NCBI RefSeq assembly: GCF_001194135.2
Contig: NC_068986.1
Location: 84,714,089 to 84,778,088 of the forward strand
Source: Octopus bimaculoides
Lineage: Eukaryota
DNA length: 64,000 nucleotides
Direction of reading: 5' to 3'
Under the pieces are notes generated by a model. That model worked only from the letters and a program-made list of their open reading frames with translations. It ran no database searches and was not told the DNA's origin. Both the position numbers and the translations under genes were made by a program. Below, piece by piece: positions 63,828 through 64,000 of this stretch. Within the stretch, counting starts at the first letter, position 1. Each line of letters begins with the position of its first letter.

Positions 63828-63941
63828 GTAAGATATATTACTGCTGTAAGCAAGTTTTTCCCTTATTTTTTAATTTAATGAAGTTCTTGTCAAAGTAATC
63901 TAATAGAAACTACTAACAATCACAAACACTCACACGCGCAA

Positions 63942-64000
<59 letters not shown>

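Overview
AT-rich, microsatellite- and SINE-dense animal genomic DNA with 12 N-gaps. The repeat families and SSR density suggest an octopus or other coleoid cephalopod draft assembly (inference). The main feature is one large intron-rich + strand gene, assembled by hand from 17 coding exons between 21048 and 63827 and running off the right edge. Splice phases are compatible at every junction that can be checked; one exon starts inside an N-gap. It encodes a MUC4-like protein: signal peptide, acidic Thr/Ser tandem-repeat mucin region, NIDO, AMOP, vWD with a GDPH motif, Cys segment, linker, then EGF and calcium-binding EGF repeats (about 1250 aa visible). The rest is intronic or intergenic repeat DNA: two decayed R4/Dong-type LINEs, RTE and Tx1-like LINE fragments, three tRNA-derived SINE families, a MITE-like element, an LTR-like direct repeat pair and many microsatellites. 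The most notable observations are the polyanionic, Pro-poor 26-aa mucin repeat paired with an Arg/Tyr/Trp-rich AMOP segment, a TSD-bounded 5'-inverted RTE insertion, a TSD-bounded SINE trimer, and a motif-rich TIR element 1 kb upstream of the start codon. No CRISPR array, rRNA or true tRNA gene is supported.
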